Shown here: positions 19,890-29,741 of the stretch, piece after piece
How the letters are laid out: the number at the start of each line of letters is the position of its first letter
Numbering within the stretch: the stretch's first letter is position 1
From: Obrimoposthia wandeli
Taxonomy: Eukaryota
Length of the DNA stretch: 64,000 bases
Reading direction: 5' to 3'
Assembly (NCBI GenBank): GCA_977020255.1
Contig: CDROCS010004206.1
Span: 1 to 64,000, forward strand
Notes under the pieces: model-generated
Databases searched by the model: none
What the model was told of the DNA's origin: nothing
Seen by the model: the letters and a program-made list of their open reading frames with translations, nothing else
Made by a program: the position numbers and the translations under genes

Positions 19890-19907
19890 TTCAAACGCTC
19901 GTATGAT
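19890..19907. promoter_or_regulatory. Candidate PsrA operator upstream of fadE
   Basis: TTCAAACGCTCGTATGAT versus consensus TTCAAACRNNYGTTTGAA; PsrA controls fad genes in several gammaproteobacteria. Confidence 0.6.
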
Positions 19908-20059
19908 ATTGAAGCATTTGCCAATAATTGGTTAAATGCGGGAAGAGGTTCATTGCAAGGTGTTTGGCCTTTAAACATCAGAGGTGCCCTGCAACTCAGT
20001 ACGCCCTATCAGTCAAAGTAATTTGGCTGCCAATAAAAGCAACTAAATAAGGGGTCATT

Positions 20060-22555
20060 ATGACTACCACAATTTGGACAGCGTTATTAATCGTAGCGTT
20101 TATCGGTTTGGCTTATAAAAAAGCGAACTTAAAAGTTTCAACCGTAGTAATCGCAACTATTGCTGTTGTGTCTTACTTTGCCGATGCAGCAACTGGCTTT
20201 ATCGTTACAGCAGCAATCTTCACTGCCGTATTCGGTGTATTGAGCCTTTCGGGTCTTCGTGCCAATACGTTAACTCGTCCAATCTTCGCTATTTATAAGA
20301 AGATTTTGCCAGAGATGTCTGAAACTGAATCAACTGCTTTAGAAGCAGGCACGGTTTGGTGGGATGGCGAATTATTTGCAGGTAAGCCTAACTGGCACAA
20401 ACTGATGGATCATCCGAATCCTCAGCTACGTCCTGACGAGCAAGCGTTCTTAGATAACGAAGTTGAAACTTTGTGCTCTATGATCAACGAATACGAAATC
20501 AAAGAAAATGGCGATATGCCTGTTGAGCTTTGGGACTACATTAAAGCTAACCGTTTCTTCGCGATGATTATTCCAAAAGAATACGGCGGTTTAGCGTTTT
20601 CTGCTCAAGCACAGTCTGCTGTTTTGCAGAAGCTTGCAGGCCTTTCAAGTACTGTTCTTTCTACCGTTGGCGTTCCTAACTCATTAGGACCTGGTGAGTT
20701 GTTGCTTAAGTACGGTACTGAAGATCAAAAAAATCACTACCTTCCACGTTTAGTCGATGGTCGTGAAATTCCTTGTTTTGGTTTGACTGGCCCACGCGCC
20801 GGTTCTGATGCGACGTCTCTTCCTGACACAGGTGTTGTGTGTAAGGGCATGTGGGAAGGTGAAGAAGTTCTTGGCCTTAAGATGAACTTCAACAAGCGTT
20901 ACATCACACTAGCACCGGTTGCTACGGTTGTTGGTTTAGCGTTCCGCATGTTTGACCCTGAAAAATTATTAGGCGATACCAACGACATCGGTATTACCGT
21001 TGCTTTGTTACCGCGTGAACTTGAAGGCATGGACATTGGTAGCCGTCATAACCCGATTGGTTCTCCGTTCATGAACGGTCCTATCTTCGGTAAAGACGTT
21101 TTCATTCCATTAAGCTTCATTATTGGTGGTGCAGAGAATGCAGGCCAAGGTTGGAGAATGCTGGTTGAGTGCTTGTCGGTAGGTCGTTGTATTACGCTGC
21201 CTTCTTCTGGCGCTGGCGGTGGTAAGTACGCTGTTGCAACAGCCGGTGCTTATGCTCGAATTCGTCGTCAGTTTGGTATTCCAATTTCTAAGCTTGAAGG
21301 TGTTCAAGAGCCACTAGCGCGTATCGCCGGTAACTCTTACATCAACTCAGCCGCAGCTCGCGTAACAGCGATCTCGATTGATAACGGTGAAAAGCCTTCT
21401 GTACCTTCTGCAATTTTGAAGTACAACCTAACTGAATCTGCTCGTCAGTTATCGATTGATAGCATGGACATTCATGGTGGTAGCGCGATTATGCGTGGCC
21501 CGAATAACTATGTTGAATCGGGTTACTCTTCAGTACCTGTTGCGATCACCGTTGAAGGTGCCAACATTCTTACCCGTACTATGATCACATTTGGTCAAGG
21601 TGCAATTCGTTGTCATCCATTCGTTTTACCTGAAATGAATGCGGCGAAAGAAAACAACTTGGCGGCGTTTGATAAAGCATTATTCGGTCACTTTGGTTTC
21701 ATCTTCTCGAACATTGCGCGCTCTTTCGTATTGAGCACAACCAATGCTGCGTTCACTTCTGTTCCGGCTTCTGGCCCAACGAAGAAGCATTACAAGCAGA
21801 TCAACCGTTATGCTGCGAACTTTGCACTCTCTGTTGATATGGCGATGTTCTCTTTGCAAGGCGATTTGAAGTTCCGCGAACTGATCTCTGCACGCTTAGC
21901 TGACATGCTTTCTAAATTGTACTTAGCGTCGATGACGTTGAAGCACTGGGAAGATCAAGGCCGCCAGAAAGACGATTTACCATTAGTTGAATACGCGATG
22001 GCTAAGTTGTTCTCTGAGTTTGAAGACGCTTTAGACGGCTTCTCTAAGAACTTGCCTGCTCGTCCTGTTGGTTGGTTGGTGCGCGCACTAACGATGCCTC
22101 TAGGCCGCAGTGTTGCTAAGCCAAGCGATAAGCTGGTTGCTAAAGTTGTTGACCTGACTACGGGTGCTACCGCAACTCGTGAGCGTTTGATCGTTGGTAC
22201 TTACCGTGGTGATAACGGCCGCAACCCAATGTTCAAGTACGATTCATTGTTAACGCGCGTTGATCAAGCTGATCCAATCTATAAGAAGATTGGTATCGCA
22301 TTGAAAGCTGGCCAATACGATGAGTCGAACCTAACGATCGAAAACCGCATTACTGATGGCGTAGCGATGGGTGTTCTAACGCAAGAAGAAGGCGACTTCA
22401 TGATTGCGTTTGAGAAAGACGTGCTAGAAATGGTTAACGTTGATCACTTCCCGCTTGAAAGCTTAGGTCCTGTTTCTGTTAAGCATGATGCACCTGCAAA
22501 AGCCGAAAAGAAGCCTGCTAAAAAGAAAGCTAAGAAATCTGAAGAAACAGCATAA
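20060..22555 (+). CDS. fadE: Acyl-CoA dehydrogenase FadE
   Basis: EAGTVWWDGELF, VPNSLGPGELL, FGLTGPRAGSDA, KRYITLAPVAT, VEGANILTR; 831 aa. Confidence 0.95.
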   Translation: MTTTIWTALLIVAFIGLAYKKANLKVSTVVIATIAVVSYFADAATGFIVTAAIFTAVFGVLSLSGLRANTLTRPIFAIYKKILPEMSETESTALEAGTVWWDGELFAGKPNWHKLMDHPNPQLRPDEQAFLDNEVETLCSMINEYEIKENGDMPVELWDYIKANRFFAMIIPKEYGGLAFSAQAQSAVLQKLAGLSSTVLSTVGVPNSLGPGELLLKYGTEDQKNHYLPRLVDGREIPCFGLTGPRAGSDATSLPDTGVVCKGMWEGEEVLGLKMNFNKRYITLAPVATVVGLAFRMFDPEKLLGDTNDIGITVALLPRELEGMDIGSRHNPIGSPFMNGPIFGKDVFIPLSFIIGGAENAGQGWRMLVECLSVGRCITLPSSGAGGGKYAVATAGAYARIRRQFGIPISKLEGVQEPLARIAGNSYINSAAARVTAISIDNGEKPSVPSAILKYNLTESARQLSIDSMDIHGGSAIMRGPNNYVESGYSSVPVAITVEGANILTRTMITFGQGAIRCHPFVLPEMNAAKENNLAAFDKALFGHFGFIFSNIARSFVLSTTNAAFTSVPASGPTKKHYKQINRYAANFALSVDMAMFSLQGDLKFRELISARLADMLSKLYLASMTLKHWEDQGRQKDDLPLVEYAMAKLFSEFEDALDGFSKNLPARPVGWLVRALTMPLGRSVAKPSDKLVAKVVDLTTGATATRERLIVGTYRGDNGRNPMFKYDSLLTRVDQADPIYKKIGIALKAGQYDESNLTIENRITDGVAMGVLTQEEGDFMIAFEKDVLEMVNVDHFPLESLGPVSVKHDAPAKAEKKPAKKKAKKSEETA

Positions 22556-22579
22556 GTTTCGTTAGAGTTTAAACGCTTT

Positions 22580-22628
22580 TAAGAGCCCTGCTCGATTGTC
22601 AGAAATGATAATTTAGTGGGGCTTTTTT
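22580..22628 (+). terminator. Rho-independent terminator of fadE
   Basis: AAGAGCCC..ATTGTCA-GAAA-TGATAAT..GGGGCTTTTTT. Confidence 0.75.
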
Positions 22629-22653
22629 GTGCCCTTTTTACTAGCTTGGCTTT

Positions 22654-22776
22654 TCTCTGTGTACTCGGTGCCTCGGTGGTTGATAGCTTTTTCATGAGCT
22701 AACCAATAATGCAGAATGACAACCTACGAGAAAAGAGCTTCACCACCGAGGCACAGAGCGCTTCACTACACAGAGG
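22654..22776. repeat. Imperfect ~120-bp inverted-repeat element
   Basis: ctctgtgta / tacacagag, gtgcctcggtgg / ccaccgaggcac and agct..ttttc / gaaaa..agct arms. Confidence 0.75.
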
Positions 22777-22927
22777 AAGAATAAATAGAAAAGTCAAAGT
22801 TAAAGACTTTTTGGAACACTTTATTCCATTCCCTTTCGTCATTAATTTTCTTGCTTCCCTATTCCCTTAGTTTCCATTCAATTAAGATAGCTTTAATAAT
22901 TCTATTTTGATAAATCATGGAAGTCTC

Positions 22928-23611
22928 ATGGAAACGTTTTTCGATATTCAACAACGTGCTGCCAAGCGTAAAGGCGGCAAAGCGGCACTAGCTTCGATTA
23001 TCCATAAGCCGTTAACTCCTAAGCAGTTATTAAAAGTCTCTGATGATGAATGGCTAGAAGAATTCACCCGTAAGATTTTCCAGAGCGGTTTTTACTGGTC
23101 GGTTATCGACAAGAAGTGGCCAGGTTTTCGTGAAGTATTTTGGGATTTTAATATTAAAAAATTATTAATGATGCCCCCTGAAATGTTAGAGGAAAAGTCT
23201 TCTGATGAGCGCATTGTGCGTAATTACAATAAGGTGAAAACCGTTCCTGCTAATGCGTCGATGATTCATTTTTCTGCGAAAGATGAAGGTAAGCCTTTCA
23301 ATCAGTTAGTGGCTGAATGGCCGACCGACGATATCATTGGTTTGTGGGCGTGGCTGAAGAAGCACGGTTCTCGATTAGGTGGTAATACGGGCCCGTATAC
23401 GCTGCGCCAGCTAGGCAAAGATACCTTTTTGTTATCTCGTGATGTTGAGGCGTATTTACGCGCTAATGAGATCATCGATGGTGGCCTGCAAACTAAAAAG
23501 TCATTGAAAGCAGCGCAGGCTTTCTTTAATCAGATGCAAGAAGAAAGCGGCTTATCGCTGCAGGAGATCAGCCAGACGATTTCTTATAGTGTTGGGGATA
23601 ACGTGGTTTGA
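22928..23611 (+). CDS. DNA-3-methyladenine glycosylase I family protein
   Basis: DDEWLEEF...FQSGFYWSVIDKKWPGFREVF, RIVRN, RLGGNTG. Confidence 0.85.
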   Translation: METFFDIQQRAAKRKGGKAALASIIHKPLTPKQLLKVSDDEWLEEFTRKIFQSGFYWSVIDKKWPGFREVFWDFNIKKLLMMPPEMLEEKSSDERIVRNYNKVKTVPANASMIHFSAKDEGKPFNQLVAEWPTDDIIGLWAWLKKHGSRLGGNTGPYTLRQLGKDTFLLSRDVEAYLRANEIIDGGLQTKKSLKAAQAFFNQMQEESGLSLQEISQTISYSVGDNVV

Positions 23612-23687
23612 TATGGATGACGGCCTATCATCAAACCATAAGCCGTCATTATTCAGATTGTAATAGCTCGTGAATCTGGATAGCTTT

Positions 23688-23740
23688 CTAGGATTCGCGG
23701 ATCCCGAAGAGAGTCTACAGGGATCGTATTTTTACCTCGC
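23688..23740. repeat. Member of dispersed palindromic (REP/MITE-like) repeat family
   Basis: ggattcgcggatcc palindrome followed by gtctacagggatcgtatt, matching the cores at 31241-31264 and 31467-31501. Confidence 0.55.
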
Positions 23741-23823
23741 TGAAGTAAAGTAACTGCTGAAATATTGTTCAGGTTTTGTATAATTGCCGCCCTCAATTTC
23801 AGGTAAGCGAAGGCATTAACTCG

Positions 23824-24729
23824 ATGGAAGCCCAGTACGACTATTTACAAACTTCTGCCGAAGCAGATATTATTGCGCTGTCCACGCCCAAGGCTGACCC
23901 CACGACACCTGATTGGGAAAACATTACCCTACCCGATACCTGGCCGGATACCCTTAATCTTGGCACACTAAAAGACTTAGCCTACTTTTTGAAGTGCATC
24001 GTCGGCACACGTAAGCCGATTGAAATACCCGATGACTTAATGGGAAAGTCATGTATCCCTAAATATGTTCAGCAAGAATTTCACAACTTACCCAACGGTA
24101 ATTACTCAAACTCCTTAACGCATGGCTATATCACCGGTTTTGAGTATTCAATGCTGAATAAGGTAGCTCCTGCTCGTGAATTCATAGCCCATGAACTGAA
24201 AGACTGTAAGAGTGTACTAGACCTAGGTACCGCAGGCGGAAAAACCGCCGCGGCGGTAAAACGTAAAGGCGTAGAAGATGTTTGGGGACTAGACCCTTCT
24301 CCCTACTTGCTGCAATACGCAGCGCGAGCGTTTAAAGATATAAATTTTGTCCAAGGTGTGGCCGAAAATACGGGCTTCCCTGACCAACGATTCGATGGCA
24401 TATCGGCCTGTTTTGTACTGCATGAAATTCCGCCGCGACACGCTAACGAGGCAATACAAGAATGCCACCGTATTTTAAAACCTGGTGGTAAGTTAGTCTT
24501 TGGCGAGCCCTCGGCGATACACTTTGATGAAAACAATCTGTTTAAGCTCGTGAAACAGGCCGGATTTTCAGCTCTATACTTTCGCTGGCTTGCTCGATTT
24601 GTTTATGAGCCTTTTGTCGTCGCTTGGCATAAAAAAGATATTAAACAGTGGTTAGAGGATAATGGCTTTGATTTGATTGCCGATAACGACCAGTGTCCTA
24701 TTCGCACCGTAGTGGCACAAAAGCGTTAA
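23824..24729 (+). CDS. Class I SAM-dependent methyltransferase
   Basis: VLDLGTAGG, GLDPSPYLL, QGVAENTGF, FVLHEIP, ILKPGGKL. Confidence 0.88.
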   Translation: MEAQYDYLQTSAEADIIALSTPKADPTTPDWENITLPDTWPDTLNLGTLKDLAYFLKCIVGTRKPIEIPDDLMGKSCIPKYVQQEFHNLPNGNYSNSLTHGYITGFEYSMLNKVAPAREFIAHELKDCKSVLDLGTAGGKTAAAVKRKGVEDVWGLDPSPYLLQYAARAFKDINFVQGVAENTGFPDQRFDGISACFVLHEIPPRHANEAIQECHRILKPGGKLVFGEPSAIHFDENNLFKLVKQAGFSALYFRWLARFVYEPFVVAWHKKDIKQWLEDNGFDLIADNDQCPIRTVVAQKR

Positions 24730-25062
24730 TAATGGCTCATCTATTACCCATTATTTCTCAACGGCCTCTTCAAAAACTTGAATATAAGCACTGTAGTTTT
24801 CATATTGAGGCATATCGCTGCACCTACAAATGTGTCCTAAAAGAGGGATCTTTTAACAGAGCTTACATGGAAGTACTTGCAGCGTACCGCAAAAAAATAC
24901 TTAACGGCTATCTTCGAGCGGATCATGCCACGCTTTATAATTAGGGCGCTTAACCTAAATCAAATCAACGATGCCCTTCGCTACAAATTTGCTCAATAAT
25001 AAACGCCAAAATCTGCTAGAATCACACTATTAACCATCTTTGACTTCTTTGAGAATTCCCCC

Positions 25063-25578
25063 GTGACTAATAACGACGTATTACGCCGCATTCGCTATAC
25101 CTTTGATTTTAGCGATTCAAAAATGATCAGCCTATTTGCTTTAGCAGGTGAGACAGTTACTCGTGAGCAAATCAGCTGCTGGTTAAAGAGAGACGACCAT
25201 GATGATTATAAAGGCCTGAAAGACTATCTTTTGGCGACTTTCCTCAATGGTTTGATCAATGATAAACGTGGTGTAAAAGAAGGCGAGCCTGCTCCGATTG
25301 AGAAAGAGCTTACCAACAACATCGTTTTACGTAAGTTAAGAATTGCGTTGAATTTTGTTGATAACGATATGGTTGACGTAATGGCATTGGCCGACTTCCA
25401 AATCAGTAAGCCAGAGCTAACAGCGTTCTTCCGCCGTCCAGGTCACAAACATTATCGTATATGCAAAGATCAGATCTTACGTAATTTCTTGCAGGGTATT
25501 CAGATTAAATATCGTTCACAGAATTCGACGGATGCAGAGCAGCCGTCTAGTTTTGAAACGCCAAGCGAAGAGCTATAA
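25063..25578 (+). CDS. DUF1456 family protein (YehS-like)
   Basis: MTNNDVLRRIRY, FLNGLINDKRG, NNIVLRKLRIAL, ELTAFFR, CKDQILRNFL. Confidence 0.9.
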   Translation: MTNNDVLRRIRYTFDFSDSKMISLFALAGETVTREQISCWLKRDDHDDYKGLKDYLLATFLNGLINDKRGVKEGEPAPIEKELTNNIVLRKLRIALNFVDNDMVDVMALADFQISKPELTAFFRRPGHKHYRICKDQILRNFLQGIQIKYRSQNSTDAEQPSSFETPSEEL

Positions 25579-25597
25579 CGTTTAAAAGTAGTCAGAA

Positions 25598-25650
25598 AAT
25601 GCGTACTGACCAAAAGGTACGCAATCTGGCGACAAGAGCTTGCCGCCAGA
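25598..25650. terminator. Twin hairpins between convergent genes
   Basis: TGCGTAC..GTACGCA followed by ATCTGGCG..CGCCAGAT. Confidence 0.6.
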
Positions 25651-25661
25651 TAAAGCCTTAA

Positions 25662-27752
25662 TTATTCAACCAATGAAACAGCCATCTCATCAATATTTTT
25701 AACATCTGCACCAAAAGTAAAGACAGGCGATATCATCTGTTCTTGCCCCTTACGTGGCGCGATCACAAAACGATACTGACCACCAGCAACTGGGTTATAC
25801 CAGCGTGTTTGATACTCAGCCATGCCTTTATCTTCTTCATCAAGAAGGCGCACTTCAATATCGTAACCATCATCTGTTATTGGCTCGCCGGCATTGTGCA
25901 TATCTACCCATTCGCCATTCGCTAACGTCTCAACCTTTACCAGAGGATTGTGCAATTCAATTTCACTTGCGCCTACGTCTAACCATTCGAACGATACATA
26001 ATGTTCTTCATTAGCGGCTTCTGCCGTATACGCTTCAGGCTGTTCTAATATTTTACGCTTGCCTTGGCTCGTTTCTGAAGCTGGGAAAAATTCGTTCACG
26101 ACTAGCTCATAAGACCAATCATCGGCCAACTCAACAATCGAGCCTTGCTTGATCATATCCGTCGCTAAACGTCCTAGCTGCGCTGATAAATAAGGCGTGG
26201 TATAGCGGCCGTATAAAGTATGGCCACCTTCATAGTTCTGGCGAGTGTATTCTTCTTGAGTCGTGCTATAACCAAAGTAACCGTTGGCATTACCCGCTAT
26301 CCAAGCATGTTTAATCTCTTGCCCTGCTTGCTTATAAGCTTGGCTAACACTGGCGGCCATACGGTGACCTGCTTCGGTCGTGATCTCGAACGGTAATGGC
26401 ATAACAACCGTATCGTTGATTTTTATTAACTGGAATAAAACCGTATTCGGAAAGCTGTCTTTGGGTTCTAAAAGAGGCTGTAAATATTTGAAACCTAGAT
26501 GCGTTTTATTACCTTGGCAGCCATCGGTGAACATCCAGCTACGGGACATAACATTGCCACCTTTCAAGAAAGGAATCGCGGCTAAGAAAGGTGTACGGCG
26601 TTCATAAGCACCTGCGGCAAGCGGAGCACCAATGGCTGCATCTTGGCAAAGTTCAATATCACCTACTTTATTATTTTCACGAATATTTAATTCACGAGCC
26701 GCCGTCGCAATTGAAATATCACTGGTCAGTTCACTGCCCAGCTCTTCAAATAAAGCGATGGCTTCTTTACCGATACCTTGCCCCAGTTTTTTAGCTTCTT
26801 TCCAGTTAACATCAAAATGACCAAAGGTATTATCGCCATCTTCAGGTAATGCAGGAGCCATATCACCTTGGGTGCCGGTGGTTAAACCGTGAACCACTTT
26901 CCAAGGTGTATCGTACTTACGTTCAATCGCCCACTCTAAATCTTTTTGTGCATAGGCAAATAAATCAGCGTTATATACTTCAACAGGAACGCTCAACGCG
27001 GTGGCATGAACTGAGAAGCTGGAAAAAGCAGCCAACGGCTTGTATTCGCCTTGAGTATCAAGCACATCAACGCGGATCATATACATCGCGGGATTAACCG
27101 CTTTGAACACGGCCTTAGGATCTTCTAGATCGATGCCTGAAACATTGTCATTTAATACGTAAGAATCAATCGAGCGATTGCGGTTGTAGCCATAGATGTC
27201 TTTACGACCGGTAGCGACTTTGGCAGGACGACGACTTTTATGTGCGCTCAAGATGCCGTTTGCAATACGCTGACTGGCAAAGTTCAAAAACTTTTCTTCT
27301 AAACCTTGGCCATTCGACATGTGCTTATTGTAGAAATCATTTTCGAAATGATTCACAGGAGCTGAATGACTATGCGATGAGGTGATCACAATATCACTGG
27401 CTTTTAAGCCTGTTTTTTCAGCAACTGCAGCGACCACTTGATGCTGAACCAATAATGAGCCAGCCGTTAAATCAGTTTGTACCAGCGCCGTTGAATGACC
27501 TTTGCCATCATTGATATAAACAATACGAGCTTTTAAACGCGTACGGAAACCTTGCCCGTAGTTTGCCATCACGGAATAACCTCCCATTGGCATTCCAGGA
27601 GGCGGTGTAATATCGACGGAGATCGCGCCAGCAGTGGCAATGCCTGTCACTTCAACATTCATCGGTGTCGGTTGAATAACGGTAATTTCTTTAACCGTTG
27701 CACACGCGGTAAGCGTTGTAATAGCCAGTACAAGTATCGAGAGAGAACGCAT
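25662..27752 (-). CDS. Neutral/alkaline ceramidase (probable lipoprotein)
   Basis: Lipobox LTAC; DITPP..MGGY, RLKARI, SHSHS, HATA, GTQGDMAP, PFEITT..G.R, ANGYFGYSTT.EEY..QNYEG..TLYG. Confidence 0.88.
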   Translation of the reverse strand: MRSLSILVLAITTLTACATVKEITVIQPTPMNVEVTGIATAGAISVDITPPPGMPMGGYSVMANYGQGFRTRLKARIVYINDGKGHSTALVQTDLTAGSLLVQHQVVAAVAEKTGLKASDIVITSSHSHSAPVNHFENDFYNKHMSNGQGLEEKFLNFASQRIANGILSAHKSRRPAKVATGRKDIYGYNRNRSIDSYVLNDNVSGIDLEDPKAVFKAVNPAMYMIRVDVLDTQGEYKPLAAFSSFSVHATALSVPVEVYNADLFAYAQKDLEWAIERKYDTPWKVVHGLTTGTQGDMAPALPEDGDNTFGHFDVNWKEAKKLGQGIGKEAIALFEELGSELTSDISIATAARELNIRENNKVGDIELCQDAAIGAPLAAGAYERRTPFLAAIPFLKGGNVMSRSWMFTDGCQGNKTHLGFKYLQPLLEPKDSFPNTVLFQLIKINDTVVMPLPFEITTEAGHRMAASVSQAYKQAGQEIKHAWIAGNANGYFGYSTTQEEYTRQNYEGGHTLYGRYTTPYLSAQLGRLATDMIKQGSIVELADDWSYELVVNEFFPASETSQGKRKILEQPEAYTAEAANEEHYVSFEWLDVGASEIELHNPLVKVETLANGEWVDMHNAGEPITDDGYDIEVRLLDEEDKGMAEYQTRWYNPVAGGQYRFVIAPRKGQEQMISPVFTFGADVKNIDEMAVSLVE

Positions 27753-27832
27753 TAAGCTTTCCTATTTATTGGAAGTATTATTTTTATAGTTAGGCACGAT
27801 AGTACACATTTTATCAGTAAAAAGGAATGTCT

Positions 27833-28162
27833 CTAAGGAATTAACAAGTCCCAGTTCTGTATCAATTCAGGACAACTGATGAGTTGTTCTTTTTTCGATT
27901 TGGGCAACTTTTTGATACGATATTCGACCTGAGAAGCGATACTACGATCAGCCACAGGGTAAGTGAACTCTAGGGTTAATGGCCCTTTCCCTTTCAGTGC
28001 CTTAGCCGCTTTTGGCCCACTGCTTTGGTGCTCTGAAAATCGACGTTCAACGTCTGTGGTTATGCCAGCGTATAAAGCATTTCGGTTATTACGGACGAGG
28101 TAGATAAACCAAGGCTTTGCTATGCGGGGTTTTGAGGCGCTGTTTATTGGTGTATTGGTCAT
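27833..28162 (-). CDS. GIY-YIG nuclease family protein (UPF0213/YhbQ-like)
   Basis: WFIYLV...[16 protein letters not shown]...AKAL.GKGPL...EYRIKKL. Confidence 0.88.
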   Translation of the reverse strand: MTNTPINSASKPRIAKPWFIYLVRNNRNALYAGITTDVERRFSEHQSSGPKAAKALKGKGPLTLEFTYPVADRSIASQVEYRIKKLPKSKKEQLISCPELIQNWDLLIP

Positions 28163-28257
28163 AGAGGTATAGCACCATACTCTTTCCGTTTAATCACTAA
28201 TTTTGTATTGAATCCGTGTAGACTGGCTGCAAACACTCTATTTATGGATGATTTAAC

Positions 28258-28926
28258 ATGTCGAATTCGACAACTACTGCTCCAATTCCCTCCCGTTTTC
28301 GTGATCCCTTTAGCGGCTTTAGCCACTTATTCGGTGCCTTAGTCGGTTTGGTTGTGCTGTGCTACTTTGTGTTCTTAGCCAGTATTGAGGGGGATGTTTG
28401 GCAGGTAGTCTCGGTGGCTATTTTTGGGGTCTGCATGATTCTAATGTTTGGTAGCAGTGCCGTTTATCATCTCGCTCAGGGCAGTGATGAGAAAATTTTA
28501 AAACTTAAGCGTATTGATCACATGGCTATTTTTGCCATGATTGCGGGCACTTACACGCCTATCTGCTTAATTGCGTTACGTGATACGTTTGGCTGGACGT
28601 TGCTGATTGCCGTTTGGAGCTTGGCTTTTTCAGGCATCCTATTAAAGATTTTTTGGATTGGCGCGCCACGCTGGTTATCGACGTTAATATACTTAGGTAT
28701 GGGCTGGGCTTGTGTCTTTGGTCTATCTACGATGAAGGAGGTTATGCCTGTTGCTTCGTTTGATTGGTTATTCTATGGCGGTATTGCTTATACCTTAGGC
28801 GCTGTTGTGTACGGTACTAAACGACCGAACCCTTGGCCTGATTCTTTTGGGTTTCATGAAATTTGGCACATTTTTGTTATGGCAGGCGCATTTGGCCACG
28901 CTATCGCGATTTATCATTTGTTGTGA
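28258..28926 (+). CDS. Hemolysin III / PAQR family membrane protein
   Basis: SHLFG, SSAVYH, RIDHMAIF..IAGTYTP, YLGMGW, FHEIWHIFV. Confidence 0.92.
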   Translation: MSNSTTTAPIPSRFRDPFSGFSHLFGALVGLVVLCYFVFLASIEGDVWQVVSVAIFGVCMILMFGSSAVYHLAQGSDEKILKLKRIDHMAIFAMIAGTYTPICLIALRDTFGWTLLIAVWSLAFSGILLKIFWIGAPRWLSTLIYLGMGWACVFGLSTMKEVMPVASFDWLFYGGIAYTLGAVVYGTKRPNPWPDSFGFHEIWHIFVMAGAFGHAIAIYHLL

Positions 28927-29022
28927 AGGTTTAAGTCCGTGGGAAGCTTTATCAAGGTCTGAGAAAAGCCTCCCTGTCATCTGCATGTCTGGCCCTCCAT
29001 GGCCAGCCGTAAAAAGCTTCGC
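28927..29022. repeat. Palindromic element between convergent genes, probably the same REP-like family
   Basis: aagcttt..aaagctt arms, ctccctgt core and ctggcc-ctccat-ggccag hairpin. Confidence 0.45.
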
Positions 29023-29025
29023 TTT

Positions 29026-29526
29026 TTACTCCTCAGGGTTTCGCCAGCGCTTAAAACGGCTATTAACGCCGTTTGAAATTTTCAACAGGTAGTCTTCCAG
29101 AAAATCGACGCCTGCGAGTACTGCAACCACGACGATGGCGAGTTTAATCGCCGTCGCCAGTTCGCCAATCGCGATACAAACCCCTATTGATGCCATACAC
29201 CAGATAGTTGCCGCTGATGTCACGCCAAATACGACACCCCGCCGCGTTAACATTACCCCTGCGCCTAAAAAACCAACCCCGGTGATAACTTGACCAATAA
29301 TCCGTGAAGGATCTGTCATTTCACTGCGAATGGATAACGCACACACTATGAATGCGTAGGTGCCCAGAGTGATTAATGTTGCTGTGCGTATACCAACGGG
29401 CTTGCCACGCATCTGCCGTTCAGCGCCGACAATGGTGCCGCATAACAGAGAAGTTGCAACGCCTTGCCAAGTAAAAGGATCGAAATTTAACAAACTTGCG
29501 ATAAAGCTTATATCATCAGACATCAT
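29026..29526 (-). CDS. MgtC/SapB family membrane protein
   Basis: GAERQ.RGKPVGIRT, DPSRIIGQVITGVGFLGAG, GVTSAATIW. Confidence 0.92.
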   Translation of the reverse strand: MMSDDISFIASLLNFDPFTWQGVATSLLCGTIVGAERQMRGKPVGIRTATLITLGTYAFIVCALSIRSEMTDPSRIIGQVITGVGFLGAGVMLTRRGVVFGVTSAATIWCMASIGVCIAIGELATAIKLAIVVVAVLAGVDFLEDYLLKISNGVNSRFKRWRNPEE

Positions 29527-29741
29527 GTCCTCCTTAATGATCTATCTTAAGAATTGGCCACAAATGGTGATTTATCAAATTTAAGCTCGAATTTACTGTC
29601 CCATTCAGTCCTTACTGCCTCTCTAATTCGCCCACTAGCTCCCCACTTAAGCAGCGGTAACAAAGGCTATACTGCAACATTAGAAAGTTCTGGTATAATG
29701 GCTTTTTCTGCTAGACCAGCCCCTTTTCGTGGAGTTTCACC

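Noticed and set aside
24693-24944. 83-aa ORF on plus strand, or a GFA-family remnant on minus strand (FFCGT...HIC..DMPQYENY)
   Set aside because: The plus ORF has no recognisable motif. The minus-strand resemblance is short, broken by stops and too weak without a search.
27833-28162. Homing endonuclease or mobile intron
   Set aside because: Short stand-alone UPF0213-type GIY-YIG protein with no interrupted host gene.
29527-29741. Salmonella-type proline or ATP-sensing leader for the MgtC gene
   Set aside because: No Pro-rich leader ORF on the minus strand.
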